Of a stretch of 64,000 nucleotides of DNA, positions 39,401-52,281 are shown piece by piece. The stretch is taken from IMG/VR virus record IMGVR_UViG_3300029305_002985, positions 68,092-132,091 of that record; one strand, written 5' to 3'. Positions within the stretch are counted from its first letter, which is position 1. Every line of letters starts with the position of its first letter. The translations under genes were made by a program, and so were the position numbers. The notes beneath the pieces are model-generated. The model was not told where the DNA came from. It was given only the letters and a program-made list of their open reading frames with translations, and made no database searches. Source of the stretch: a virus.

Positions 39401-41829
39401 TAAAAGCTACTTAGGAAGAGTCTGTTATTACTATTTCTTTGAAAGATACTTTTGAAAAGTATAACGGTGATATTCCTTATGAAACTTTAATTCTTTAGGA
39501 CGGAACAAGAATTCCTATTCTTCTTTCTTCTAATCGTTTTGAATACACCGCAATTAATGGCTGGGATGGCACAAGTATTAAGATAGATGAAACTAATGAT
39601 ACTGTATTAGCGCCGACAGCTGGTTTTGGTCAAAAAGAAAATGACAATAGTTTTACAGGTGTAATGCTAGGTAGTATTGTTCCTACCGGCACCAACTCTA
39701 GCGAGATCATAGTAAAATGCGATCGATTAAAAGATAATAAGACAATGATTATTGACGGAAAGGAAGAATCTGCTCAAAGTCTTGAGAAAAATAAGTTTTA
39801 TTTAGACTAGTCCGATATAGCTGAAAGTAGATCTGAAGGTCAATACTATGTAATTAGAGGCACTGGTAACAATGCTTATTTTGAAAAGTCCTTGCCGCCA
39901 AATTTTACAGGCATTCTTGGAATGAATCATGGCAATACTACATTCTCTCTTGATTCAAAGACAGGTAGTTTGTTTGCAAAAGGGCATATTGAGGCAACTA
40001 GCGGCAAGATTGGCGGAGTTGAAATTGAAAAAGTTGTTGCAGCTGCCAATCCTAATTTATTGTTAAATTCAAATATTGAAATTAATAGTACCTAGTATGA
40101 ATTAGCTCGTTTTAAATTGGCTGAGAATATTTAGGAAGGAGAGAGATGTACTCTTTCTGTTTGCTTAACTATTCCAAGTGATTCTAAAAAAACTTAGATT
40201 TTGGTGTATAATAGCGGAAGCTCGACAAGCATGGGAGAGTAGGCACATATTTAGATTGGTTCTAATAAAGGAGAAAAACGAGTATATAGTAAAACCTTTG
40301 ATTGGGTTGTTGGTGAAAGTAATAATTCAGCTTTATATTTATGGATGTTTCCAAGTAATGAATCCGCAGAAACTATTTTCCATTGGGCTAAATTAGAACG
40401 AGGAGAAGTTGCTACTGATTGGCGACCAGCTAATGGAGACTTTTTAGAAAAAAACCTTATTGAAAATGAAAATATAAAATTGGTAAATTGCGAAAGAGAA
40501 GGAACAATACAAAGTCAAAATATTAATATTAAAGCTGGATCTGTTAGTGGAAGTAATACATCGGCGATTATTTTAGGAACATTTCCTGCAGGAAATTACA
40601 CTTTTAACTTAAAATCAATTATTGATCAATAGTGGATTGCAAATCATAGAATTATTATTTCTTCTAAACCAGAATGGGTTGAAGAATGGGTAGCACCAGA
40701 AAGTCCTATAGAAGGAGAAGAATTAGCAGCAGAACTAGCAGGGAAGTTTATCAAAAATACTACTTATGCGGGAAGTAATTATGTTGGAGGAGATGGCTAC
40801 TACACTAGAAAAAATTTCCCTTGGCGCTTTACTATGAGCGAATCTTTCACTATTGGAATTGTTATTTTAAATGAATATACTAGAAGTAATAGTATTTAGT
40901 TTTAGAATGTAAAACTTGAGTCTGGGAGCTGGCTTACAAAATGGACAGATTTTAACGATTCTTTAGTTAGCTCTAATATAAATACATCAAACTATTCTTG
41001 GAAGTTTTCTCCTTCTAGTGGTATGTTTATGTGGGATGGTGCGCAAGGTATTATTTCTGCGACCGATCCAACTGGCAACGCAGTGTTTAGTATTACTAAA
41101 GAAAAAGGATTATATATGCGCGGTAACGGTATCTTTACTGGTGAAATTCATGCTGACCAAGGCGGAAAGATTGGTGGATTTACAATTAACCCAGACAAGT
41201 GGCTAGAATATAAATCTAATGATTCAACAGCCGGGTGCGGAATGGGAGTCAGTGGTCAGGCTTACGCATTTTGGGCAGGAGCTTATACTGGCAATACCCC
41301 CGGAGAAAACTCAAAATTTAGAGTTGGTCATGATGGAAAATTTTATGCTGAGGAAGGAATTTTTGGACCCTGGACCTTATCTAAAGAAGGATTAACAGGA
41401 ACTGATTTTAAAGTCGGGGCAAATGGATTATATATAGGTAAAAAATCTACTGGATATTTTTAGTTTGCAGATGGCAAATTTTCATTTTATAAAGAAGGAG
41501 AAGGTTCATCGATTAATGCAGAAATATATCAAGAAGAGCAGGGGGCTGGATGGTATTTATCTGGATTTGGTTTTAAGAATATCAATGGTGGCTTTACACT
41601 TAACAACGCTAGTATACTCATACAAGATGCTTCAGGTAATATTGAATTAAAAAACGGAAAAGTATCTGCGAAAGAAGTTCAAGGTATTTTATATTCTAGC
41701 GATGGTACTAGAGGCCATAAAACTACTACTTTTACCATGAACTATATGGCTACTGCAGTAAATGGGTATACATTATATATAGAAATTAAAGATGGGCTAA
41801 TAACAAACATATACACAAGAGATACTTAA
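36454..41829 (+). CDS. giant tail protein, about 1,790 aa; probable fusion of distal-tail and host-specificity/fibre regions
   Basis: Frame 1 is continuous from ATG 36454 (RBS AAAAGGAGG) to TAA 41827-41829, interrupted only by TAGs. Fragments 36874-, 37222-, 38710-, 39892-, 40345- and 41023- are all in this frame. Internal motif HWAKLERGEVATDWRPANGDF near 40390-40450 is a hallmark of Gram-positive phage tail-fibre or minor structural proteins. Confidence 0.6.
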
Positions 41830-41871
41830 TTTAAGGACAAATTAAATTAATCCATAACCCATAATTTTCAT

Positions 41872-41915
41872 ATAACTATAGGTTGAAGAACCAAAAATTC
41901 TCAACCTATAGTTAT
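41872..41915 (+). terminator. perfect 15-bp inverted repeat with 14-nt loop
   Basis: ataactataggttga-agaaccaaaaattc-tcaacctatagttat followed by tctta. Confidence 0.4.
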
Positions 41916-41940
41916 TCTTATAGATAGGAGGTTACACAAA

Positions 41941-42279
41941 ATGATCATACAGAAAAACGCAGAATTTTTCAAGCGTATGAACACTCCTACTGTATCAAAA
42001 CCATTTTCGAATTCATCGGCAGATACTTTAGCAGTCCAAATTAGCGGCGACTTCTCAGATGGTAAATTTCACATCGAAGGAAGAAATAACCCTAAGGGCG
42101 ACTGGGTATCACTTGCGGCAATTGATCTCAGCGACTTTTCTCCGGTCCGCGGCGGCTTTACTAAGTCTGGCATGTATGAGCTAGGCATTGTAGGCATTAG
42201 AGAGATTAGAGCGCGCATTGAGTCAGTGAGCGGAAATGTGTCAATATTCGGACAAATGATTAGCACGGAGGAGACTTAA
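41941..42279 (+). CDS. hypothetical tail protein, 112 aa
   Basis: RBS TAGGAGG. TAG-free. Confidence 0.5.
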   Translation: MIIQKNAEFFKRMNTPTVSKPFSNSSADTLAVQISGDFSDGKFHIEGRNNPKGDWVSLAAIDLSDFSPVRGGFTKSGMYELGIVGIREIRARIESVSGNVSIFGQMISTEET

Positions 42280-42280
42280 T

Positions 42281-43183
42281 ATGGCAATAGATATTATTGC
42301 AAGAGGTCTCGCTACATCGCTACTTGGTTCGAATGGAAAAATCGCTTCGAACAAAATGCCGACAGTGGAAGGAACTAGCGAACTAACAGGATTTTTCCCA
42401 ATTGGTAAACTAACTGATCCTTCTTTAATTGAAGGCAAGACTTCTGAAGAGATTTTGCTTATGATGCTTTTCGGCGTAGTAAGCCCCACCCTTACTGCTC
42501 CAAGTTTAAGCATTGAGTTAAGCACAAAAACACCTTTAATCATCGGGCGCGAAGCGACTCTCGAAGGCGCATTGGTGTTCGATCGAGGAAGAATTGACCC
42601 AGCCTATGGAACAAGCGGCTACCGCGCCGGTCTTCCAATTTCCTTTTCAATTGCAGATGAGTTAATTGAAACGAGCAATACTACTTATAATTTTAAATTT
42701 TCATTCACACCCACCGCGTCTGAAAATTTCGTTGGCTACAGCGTTTCGTATAGCGAAGGCGAGCAGCCTTTAAATAGTATTGGGCAAAACTTTAACTCCC
42801 CACTACCTGCAGGTATAATCGGCAATCAGCTATCGATCGCCGCAACTTACCCTATCTATTGCGATGAAGGCAAAGAGATAGAATTTGAATGGTTTGAGGA
42901 CGAAGATGGCGAAGGATATGCAGCTTTGTTTGCAACAGAGGCAACGGGAGAAAGATAGTCTTTCTCGGTATCTAATGATCTTAAGGTGATAGGCGTTAAA
43001 ACCTTTGATGACTTAGCTCAATAGTGGAACTGGCTTGGAGGAGAAACCGCGGAGGTATCATTAACATATTTTGATACAACCACAGTTACAGGAGAATCTC
43101 TTGGAGAGACAACAGATTACACTTTATACACGCATAACTATCTCGAAGTAGGAGCGCGTGAATTACGCATTTATGTTGAGTAA
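42281..43183 (+). CDS. hypothetical tail protein, about 300 aa
   Basis: Frame continues through TAGs at 42956 and 43019 to TAA 43181-43183. Confidence 0.5.
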
Positions 43184-43194
43184 GGAGGCCGCGT

Positions 43195-43704
43195 ATGGCA
43201 AGATATAAAGGTATATTTAAAACCTCGAATAATTACGAGCCATAGGTTGCCGGACCTTTTGACGCGAGAATGCTCGTATAGCTCAAGTCTGATTTGACTA
43301 CTAAAGCAACTTGGGCACAAACTGACGGCAGCGTATGGACGTATGCGGGAATGATTGTGGCGGTCGCCGCAGATACTCCCGAAAACAATGGCGTTTATAT
43401 GCTATTGGTGAAGGATTATTCTATTGAAAGCAATTGGCGTAAGTTTGCCGATATAATTGATGTAGAAGACCTTCAAAGACAAATTGATAGTATTGAATTA
43501 ACTGGCGGCGGCAGCCTCGATGTAGAGGTTGAGACAGAAGCTGAACTTCCTGCCACTGGTGATGAAAATACAACTTATTATGTAAAAAATGACAAAAGTA
43601 TCCAGCGTTGGGATGAAGAAGCCCAGGATTATATTTCCTATGGTGGAGCTCCCGCAGTGGATATAACAATTATAAATGGAGGAAATGCAAATGGCACAGA
43701 TTAA
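43195..43704 (+). CDS. hypothetical tail protein, about 169 aa
   Basis: RBS TAAGGAGG. TAGs near 43243 and 43279 are read as sense. Confidence 0.5.
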
Positions 43705-45100
43705 TACGAGAATTGTATTAAGAAATGACACTAAGGCCAATTGGGAGTTAGTAAAAGATACTGCTACTCTTAAGGTTGGCGAAATGGGCATTGAAACCGA
43801 TACTGGTTTATTTAAAATTGGTAAGCAAAAGGTAAATGCAGAGGGCGTGCTTCAGTTTGAAGCAGACGGCAAAACCCCTGTTCTCTGCACTTGGGCCGAG
43901 CTTTCCTATGCTAATGATCTTTCTACTGTAACCAATGGTGTTCAAGTTATTGATGGTACTGTCGAAGATCTTGAAGACGGCGTTGTTGTGGGCGATATGG
44001 CAATCGTTCGCTCCGTGATCAATGGTGACATCAAATCTCACACTGCTTACGTGTGGAATGGCACTGCATGGGCAGCAATGGATGGTAATTATTCCGCTGC
44101 AAATGTATTCCTTCCCTCTGAGATTGTACTCGCAGGTGATTATGGCCAGGTGTATGATACTGCTGATAAGAAATATTATGACATCACAAGTCTTGGCAAC
44201 TATCGCAAGGGCGATGTGATTGATGCTGGTACATCTATCGAGGATGTATTCTCTGCCTTATTCACCAAGGAAATTTCTACTGATCTTCAAAATACTAAGC
44301 CTAGCACTTCGATCACTGCTACTAAGAATACTTATCTCTTAGTTGGCGCCAATTCTACTGCACAGACTGTAACTCTTTCTCTTAGCAAAGGCGCTTATGA
44401 CAATGGTTATGGTTATGTCGCTAGTAAGAATGAGACTGGTATCGAAGCCGGCACAAAGGCTGTTACTGTTGTGACTAACGACGGTACTGGCGCAGAGGCT
44501 TCTAAATATTATGTAAATGGTGTGGAGCAATCTGGCAACACCTACTCCGTTGCTTCTACTAAGAAGACAACGGCTCCTTCTGCTGAAACTATTAAGGCTA
44601 AGATTTCTTATGTGAACTGCGGCCACCCCGTATCTAACCTTAAGAATATCTATCCTGCTCAGAAATACGCTGATGGCACTACTGATGAAGCAAGCGCAAC
44701 CCTGAACATGTGGTATTATCCTATTTACCAGGGCTTCACTTATGCTGATGATGCAGTTGCTGATCATGCAAATGTTACAGCTAGTAAATTACAGGCTCTT
44801 GGCGCACCTCAGTCTGGTAGTACAAATACTAATGCTACTATTACTGGCTCTACTGCTTACAATAAGACAAAGATGACCAAGGCTGTTGCTAAGAAGGCTT
44901 GGAGACAATATTACATCGCATATCCTAAAACTTATGGCTACACAATGAGTAAGGCAAAGGATGCTAACAACATTGACTGCACTGTAAGAGAGGCTGCTGA
45001 TGTTACCATGACTTTCAATGGCGTAGATGTTGTCTACAAGGTTTACTACATTCACAATGGTTCTGACTATGGTACAACTACCATTACTTGGACAATGTAA
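43691..45100 (+). CDS. tail fibre / receptor-binding protein 1, conserved N-terminal fibre anchor domain, about 469 aa
   Basis: N-terminus MAQINTRIVLRNDTKANWELVKDTATLKVGEMGIETDTGLFKIGKQK matches the conserved N-terminal fold shared by Gram-positive phage fibres and hyaluronidase-type fibres (ETDTG...K.GDG). TAG-free. Confidence 0.6.
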   Translation: MAQINTRIVLRNDTKANWELVKDTATLKVGEMGIETDTGLFKIGKQKVNAEGVLQFEADGKTPVLCTWAELSYANDLSTVTNGVQVIDGTVEDLEDGVVVGDMAIVRSVINGDIKSHTAYVWNGTAWAAMDGNYSAANVFLPSEIVLAGDYGQVYDTADKKYYDITSLGNYRKGDVIDAGTSIEDVFSALFTKEISTDLQNTKPSTSITATKNTYLLVGANSTAQTVTLSLSKGAYDNGYGYVASKNETGIEAGTKAVTVVTNDGTGAEASKYYVNGVEQSGNTYSVASTKKTTAPSAETIKAKISYVNCGHPVSNLKNIYPAQKYADGTTDEASATLNMWYYPIYQGFTYADDAVADHANVTASKLQALGAPQSGSTNTNATITGSTAYNKTKMTKAVAKKAWRQYYIAYPKTYGYTMSKAKDANNIDCTVREAADVTMTFNGVDVVYKVYYIHNGSDYGTTTITWTM

Positions 45101-45116
45101 TAAGGAGGAATGAATT

Positions 45117-47822
45117 ATGGCTACAATGAATGAAAATTTCTTTTCTGAATTACTGAGTCCTAAGGCCGCGAAATGGTCTGCGGGCGTTGCGTTTGACCGC
45201 TCTAATGGACTTCCTCTTGATCAATGGTCAGTATTCCAGACCAAGGCTGATGCTTAGGCTTATCTTTCTAACAGTAAAGCATATCCTGGTCAAGTAATTG
45301 CTTATGCAGAAACAGACGGTTCTATGACCGCTTGTGTGCTCAGCCAAAATGCTGAAGGCACTGCTTTAACACTTAAGCAAATTGGCATTATTCCTAGCGG
45401 CGATGCTAAGACTATTGAAGTTACTGCTGATGGTCAAATTAGCATCTACGGCTTTGGTGATGCTACCACTGGTTACCTCCCTCGTAAAGCTGAAGATGGT
45501 ACTCTTGAGTGGGTTCCGATCTCCGCTGTTGTACAAGGTGACGGTAATAAAATTACTACTCTCACAAGCTCTGATAATTCTGTAATCATTGAGAAAACTA
45601 CTGATACAGATACGAGTCTTGTTTACGACCTTAAGGTTGTTCACCCTGATGTTCCTGAGTATGCTATTAAGAAAGATGAGCGTACAGAGGGCGCGACTGA
45701 GACTAAGTATCACTTAACAAAAGATGGTGCAAATGTTGATGTTGAAATCGTTGTTCCTGATGCTTATAATGATACCGCACTTGCTGGTAGAGTTAAGACT
45801 CTTGAGGATGCAGGTTATCAAACCGCCACCGATGTAAATAATGCAATTACTACAGGTATTGCAAACAAGGCTGATAAAGCTACCACCCTCGCTGGCTATG
45901 GCATTACTGATGCCTATACAAAAGAAGAGGTTAATACTGAGCTTGCTAAGAAAGCTGCTCAAACTGATCTTGAAGCACTTTAGGGAAGAGTTGACGCCTT
46001 CTTAACCGGCACGGGCACAGAAGCTGCTCTTGATTCACTTCAGGAGTTAATTAATTACATTAACACCCATGACGATGTTGAGATTAGCACTTTAATTGCT
46101 GATCTTGATGCTCTTGAGGCAAAAGTTGATACTGGCGACCAAAAGGTTAGCGAGTATGTAACCGCTGCTATTGACGCTCTTAAGATTGGTGATTATGCTA
46201 AGGCTGCAGACCTCACTACTCTCGCAGGTAGAGTTAAGACTCTTGAGGAGAAACCTTTCGATACTTATGCCACTAAATCTTAGGTAGAAGCTGTCGATGG
46301 TAAGTTCGCAAACTATACCACAACTACAGACCTTAATACCGCCCTTGCTGGTAAGGTCGATGATGCTGATTTAGCAAATTACTACACTAAGGGCGAGGTT
46401 GACGGCAAGAATTACGCTGTTGCGGCAACAACTCTTGCGGGCTATGGTATTACCGATGCCTATACCAAAACTGAGATTGATAACAAGGGCTATGCAGTGG
46501 CTTCTGAAGTTGAAGACACTTATGCAACCAAGCAAGAAATTGCTGATGCAGGTTACGCAGTTGCTGAAACTGTAAACGGTGAACTTGCTAAGAAGCTCGA
46601 AAAAGTTACTATCGCTCATACCTCTGAGAATGTTGATGAAGGTGTAACTTATAGCGAAGATGGCAAGACTGCTAATGTAGTTGTTGACACTTACGCAAAG
46701 AGCGAAGTTTATACAAAGGGCGAGACCGATACTGCTATTACAAATAAGATTAAGGAGTTTACCGGCGGCGAGTCTGCTGCAGACGTGCTTCTTGCTCTTA
46801 GCGATTATAAGAAAGCCAATGACACCGAGATCTATGGCGCAGAAAAGGTTGCTTCTTGGACTGACAATGAAGGCAAATATACTCCTGACTACACCAAGGA
46901 CAGCCGCATTGATGCGAATGACGCTGCTATTAAGGCAAACGCCAAAGCTGTCAATGATCTTGCGGTTCTTGTTGGTACTCTTGGCGAAACCTCTGAGACT
47001 ACTCTTGCTGGCAAGATTGGTGCTCTTGAGGCTCACGATGCCGCTCATGCAATTGAGTTTAACACATTAAGCGGCACTGTTGGTCAACAGACCAAAGATA
47101 TCGCGGCAAACGCAGCTGCTATTAATACTATCAACACTGTTGATCTTCCTGCTCTTACTGCTGCTATTCAAGCAGAAGAAAATGCTCGCAAGGCCGCAAT
47201 CGGCGCTCCTTCTAGTGAGGGCGTTGCCGCAACCGGTGTTTATGCAGCTATTGAGGCTGTTGCCGATACGATTGACTTTACTCCTTATGCTACTAATGCA
47301 AGAGTAGATGCGATCTATAAGGTTGAAGGAGAAACTAAGTCTGGCGTTCTTGCTGACGCAGTTGTTGACATTGCGACAAATAAGGTTGCTCTTGATGTTC
47401 TCAATGGTGTAACCGCTGATAGCACTGGCGACACTGGTAAGTCCGTAAGAACAATTGCTGCCGAAGAAACCGCGAAGATTGTAGCTGGCGCCGATCCAAA
47501 CTATGATACTCTTAAAGAGATCGCCGATTTCATTAAGAATGATATCTCTGGCGCAGCTGGCTTAACTAATACAGTTAATGCTCATACCTCTATCCTTGCT
47601 GGTATTGGCGAGAGCAACGAGCATAAGACGGTTACTGCTTATGTAGCTGACTATGTAGGCGATCAGCTTGCAACCGTTGTTCAACCCAAGGCTTCTACTG
47701 AGGTTACTGTCGCTACTGATGGTACTCTCGGACTTGGCGAAGTAAGCACTGATAAGCTTGTTCAAGGTAGTCTTGAACTTGTTCTCAATGGCGGTAGCGC
47801 CAGCACTGGCGTACAAGCCTAA
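45117..47822 (+). CDS. fibrous tail fibre protein with internal repeats (AGYGITDAYTK x2, LAGRVKTLEE x2), about 901 aa
   Basis: Frame 0 is continuous from ATG 45117 (RBS TAAGGAGG) through fragments 45324- and 46497-47822. Sequence is Ala/Thr/Asp-rich and fibrous. Confidence 0.55.
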
Positions 47823-47836
47823 TAAATAAAAACCTA

Positions 47837-47866
47837 GAACAGGGCTCTCTGCTCTGAGCCCTGTTC
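47837..47866 (+). terminator. 11-bp stem hairpin after the fibre gene
   Basis: gaacagggctc-tctgctct-gagccctgttc. No U-tract. Confidence 0.35.
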
Positions 47867-47922
47867 CACTTAAAGCGGCGTTTGCCGCGTGAAATTTTAA
47901 TAATTAAAAGGAGATTTTAATT

Positions 47923-49944
47923 ATGGCTGAAAAAATTCTTAATACAAGAATTCAACTTAAATATGACACATTGTCTAATTGGCAAGGTAGTGCGTTTAAT
48001 GGTAACGATCCCACAAAATATTTAAAAGCTGGCGAAGTTGCTATTGTAACCCTTGCTCCTAACGCTGAAACTAATCCCACTGCAACCGCAAATCAGCATC
48101 CTTTGTTGATGAAGGTTGGTACTGGCTCTCACAAGTTTGATGCACTTCCTTGGGTATCGGGCCTTGCTGCTGATGTTTATGCTTGGGCTAAGAAAGCAAC
48201 TCCTGATTGGGCCGACTTCCCTGCACTTCCTATTGAAGTAGTTGATGAAGGTACGGGTAAATTTGTAACAGACTTTACTTATGTAAACAATAAACTTACA
48301 ATTACTCGCGCAGATGCAGTTAATAGTTTAACACCTACTGATGATGATATTGTAATTCTTACAGTTGATAAAACTACTGGTGATATAACTATTGATGGCA
48401 AACATAAAGAATACAATAAAGCGGGTACTACAACTGATACAGATAGCAATTTAACTACTGCAGGTCAAGAAATCACTGTAAAAATTCCTAAGCTTTCTGT
48501 TGATAAATATGGTCATACTGAGTTTAATGGTGAAACTACTCACACAATTAAGCTTCCTGGCGAAATTGCCGTTGGCGATGGCGATATTACCATTGAAGCA
48601 GGCAAAGGTCTTACTACTGGCGGTACTTTCAATGTAAATCAAGATACTGATAGCACCATTACGCTTAATCACCAAGATGCACCCACAACAGGCAATGCAG
48701 CAGTGGTAAAAACTGGCGGCACTGGTCGTACTTATGTGACTGAAGTTCTTGTTGATGATATGGGCCACATTGCAGGAGTTAAGACTGCTACTGAATCTGA
48801 TCAAGATCTTGGCGACTATAAGACCAAGCAGGCCGAAAAAAGTGGAACTCTTACTGGCGCAGAGGTTCTTGGTACTTGGAGTCAAAATGCTAATGGTGAA
48901 GTAACCATTACTTCTCGTATATTAACAGCAGCGGATCTCGGTCTTGATACTGTTATGCACTTTATTGGCGCTTATGCCACAGCTCCCACAAAAGCTTTTG
49001 CTGGCACCGCTAATGAAAGAGCATTGGCAAATGGTGATGTATATTTAAATACTGCGAATGCCACTGAATATGTTTATAGCGGTGGTAAATGGGTAGAGCT
49101 TGGTAATGAAAGTGCTGCTGGTAGCCATGCATTGAAAACTGTTACTATTACTGGTACTGACGGTCTTGAAGGTGGCGGCGACCTTTCCGCTAATCGTCAA
49201 ATTAAACACGCCGTTCCTACCGGTGCCATAGAAGGAAAAACAACACCTAATACTGCACAAACTCCTGCACATGGTGAAACCTTTAATATTCCGGTAGTTA
49301 AAACTGATAAGTTTGGTCATATCATTGAAAAAACAACTACAACTGTAAAAATTCCCGATCTTCCTACTCCCGCAGATATTGGTGCGGTTGAATCCGTTTC
49401 GTTTGAAGCAGGTATCGTTGTTACAAAGGATGCTGATGACGCTCCAACAATTCCCGGATTTAAACTTACTGTTGATGGCGAGGACTAGCTTGTCGAGATG
49501 CGAGCTGGTAATGGCGTAACAATTTCGGCGGATAATGCAAACACTGCTGATAATGATGCCGCCTCTTGGTTGCAAGTTGGACTTGATATTGATTTTGTAG
49601 ATGGAGCGAGTCTACGTGAACCAGAAAGCGCCCCTGCAGAATCTGGAAGTTACGAAGGCCTCGGAGCACGCTATGGTGTAAATATTGGTAACGAAACTTT
49701 GTTTGGTGTAGCAGATAGCGACACGCTTTCGGCAGCTGGCGGTTGGGATGTTGATGCGTATGGTAGAAATCTTATTTCTTTTGAGATTAAAGATAAAGCA
49801 GTTACTACTGCAAAAATCGCAGACCACGCAGTTGGCGCACATTAGACAAAGGCTTGCGTCGATTATAAAAACGAAGATGGCACTATTCCTGAGGATGCGG
49901 AAGTTTGGGTATTCAATTGCGGAAGTGCTACTGTAAACGTTTAA
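47923..49944 (+). CDS. tail fibre / receptor-binding protein 2 (paralogous N-terminal anchor domain), about 673 aa
   Basis: N-terminus MAEKILNTRIQLKYDTLSNWQGS...LKAGEVAIVT...MKVGTGSHKFDALPW. Fragments 47923- and 49498- share frame 1 and end at TAA 49942-49944. Confidence 0.55.
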
Positions 49945-50006
49945 TCTAATAAATAATGCGATAGGCCTAGGTTAAGCTGCTTCACCTGGGTCCCGCGCCT
50001 AAAGAC

Positions 50007-50035
50007 TTGACAAAAGTCAAAACTTTTCATACAAT
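50007..50035 (+). promoter_or_regulatory. sigmaA-type promoter TTGACA-17-TACAAT followed by a 9-bp stem hairpin (50049-50075) in the leader
   Basis: TTGACAaaagtcaaaacttttcaTACAAT, then ggttgggcc-tggaatgat-ggcccaacc. Confidence 0.45.
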
Positions 50036-50120
50036 TAAATAAGAGACGGGTTGGGCCTGGAATGATGGCCCAACCTAGTCCCCGAAAATTTGGAATGATA
50101 ATTTTAAAGGAGGACATGAT

Positions 50121-52004
50121 ATGTCTAACAAAGAGTTAAAGACTCGCATTTAGATGAAGAATGATACCCCTGAACATTGGGATACCGCATCCCAAAATGG
50201 TTTTATTCCTCTTCTTGGCGAGCCTATTTTTTATAGAGATAATAATGATACTGTGTATGGTGTTAAACTTGGTGATGGAAAAAATACCCCAAATGATTTA
50301 CCATTTTTACATGGTATGATTTCTGAAAATAATACTACAGTTTTAACAAATCAAGATTTACAAATATTATTTGCTCAAGAAGGATCAAAGTTTCTTAAAT
50401 CAAGTGAATTTTCTACAGCTGGGGCAGGAGAAGAATTTATTTCATTAGTAGATTTAAATGTTAATAAAACCTATTCTGCTTTTGGTCAATTTGGAGAATT
50501 TGGCTTATTATTTTATAATGATGGAGAATGGTAGCTCCCGTATGGTCATTTTTCTTCTAAATGGGATGATGAATCTCAAGATATGGTTGAAGTAAAAACT
50601 ACTTGGATTACTGAAGTTAAAACAGATTTATATGAGGGCATTAGAGTACCTTGTCTTCAGACTTCTTGGGAAAATGGTATATTACAAGTATTAGATCAAG
50701 AGTCTATGACTTTATATCCAGTCGCAACAAAAAAAGACTTGGAAAACTTAGATATTAATCTCCCTATTGAAGGAAACGGTACTAACACTGTTCAAAAGAA
50801 TTATTCTCATACTCTTACTGGCGATGCTAATGCTATTTTTGGCAAAGGTACTACTACAGTAGCTGGCTCTGGTAACTTACTTGCTGGACATCAAGGTTCA
50901 AAAAATATTACTGGTTCTGGCAATATTGTGGTTGGCAATGGTGGTACCGATTATTTAAGACGCGGTGAATCAGGAGAGTCTATTGGTAACTTAATGATTG
51001 GTAGCAGCCTTGATGTAACTGGTTCTTATAACCTTATTGATGGTTCTTTGCATCTTGTTAAAGGTACTTACAATATCATTAGTGGTAAAAATCATGAAAT
51101 TGAAGGTAATTATAATGTAATCACTGGCACTGGTGAGTTTGCAGATGTTAAAACTAAAGTAAAGGGCAAAGCGAATTTCGTATCTGGTGACTTCTCTAAT
51201 TCTTCTATTGTTGGTAATTATAATAGTATTATTAATGGCGGCGGTGATAACATTATTACTGGTGATGATCCAGAGGCAGGCGCAGATAAGGCCCAGCATA
51301 ATATGATTATTGGTAGTACAACTACTATTACTAATTCTGAGAACTGTTTATCTCTTGGTCGTTTAAATACAATTAATAATCATAATCGTTCTGTATTAAT
51401 GGGATTGGGATTAACTGCAACAAGAGATAATCAATTAATTATTGGTAGTTATAATGATGAAAGTAAAACAGGTGGCATTCTTGTTGTTGGTAGTGGTTCT
51501 ACTGATGAACATAAAAATGCTATGATTGTATATAAAGAAGGCACTGTAACAATTGGTAGCGATCCTATTGGCGATATGGATGTTGCTACTAAACATTATG
51601 TTGATTAGAAGCATATTTATGCTACTGATGCAGATATTAATAGTTTGTTTGATGTAGAAATTAGCTTTGATGTCTTATATTGCACTGACAGAGTTGAATA
51701 TTCTGTTCCCTCTAAGGGCACTAATTGGGGAGGTGGAAATGGGGTAGTTCGTTTAAGTCTTGGCTCTGGAGTTGCCGTTGATAATAATCAATGGAAAGCA
51801 ACTTTATATGGTTATGGCTATGGAGACGGAGTCTATGGCCCGGTTGTATCTACTATTTCTAGAGGCGGAGTTGCGGAAATTGATTTTGAAGAAAAATATG
51901 ATATTTCTACTGATGCTTCTGGCTATGTTTGTTATGCAGTAGTTGAATTCTCTATTAATGGTGTCCAATACACAGAAACAACAGATGCTGTATATTATCC
52001 ATAA
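50121..52004 (+). CDS. tail fibre / receptor-binding protein 3 with beta-helix-like (G)xYNxIxG repeats, about 627 aa
   Basis: N-terminus MSNKELKTRIQMKNDTPEHWDTA...GVKLGDGKNTPNDLPFL. Repeats GSYNLIDG, GTYNIISG, GNYNVITG, GNYNSIING. Fragments 50154-, 50583- and 51645- are in frame 0. Confidence 0.55.
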
Positions 52005-52017
52005 GGAGGTTTGAAAT

Positions 52018-52281
52018 ATGGCTTTACCAAATGAATTAAAAATGAAAGTCAATATTGACGACTCTCTCCGAGCGGATAGTACTAAAATTACTGAAGGCAA
52101 GATGATTGAAGGCAGTGATAAATTAGTTGATATGAATGTGCTTGCTGCTTATGATAAAGCACTTAAGGGTTCGGGTTTAGGAGAAAGTTTTGATACCTTA
52201 AAAGAAATCTAGACAAAGCTTGAAAATATCGCAACAGAGGATGATATTGATAGTTTATTTACTCAAGAGGAGGTGCAATAA
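52018..52281 (+). CDS. small hypothetical protein, about 87 aa
   Basis: Frame 1 reads through the TAG at 52210 to TAA 52279-52281, which overlaps the next ATG. Confidence 0.4.

Noticed and set aside
46371-47048. Minus-strand ORFs inside the late module (46371-47048, 49045-49575, 48451-48885, 44339-44767 and others)
   Set aside because: Low-complexity Ser/Ile/Asn-rich antisense translations of strongly coding plus-strand fibre genes. No RBS.
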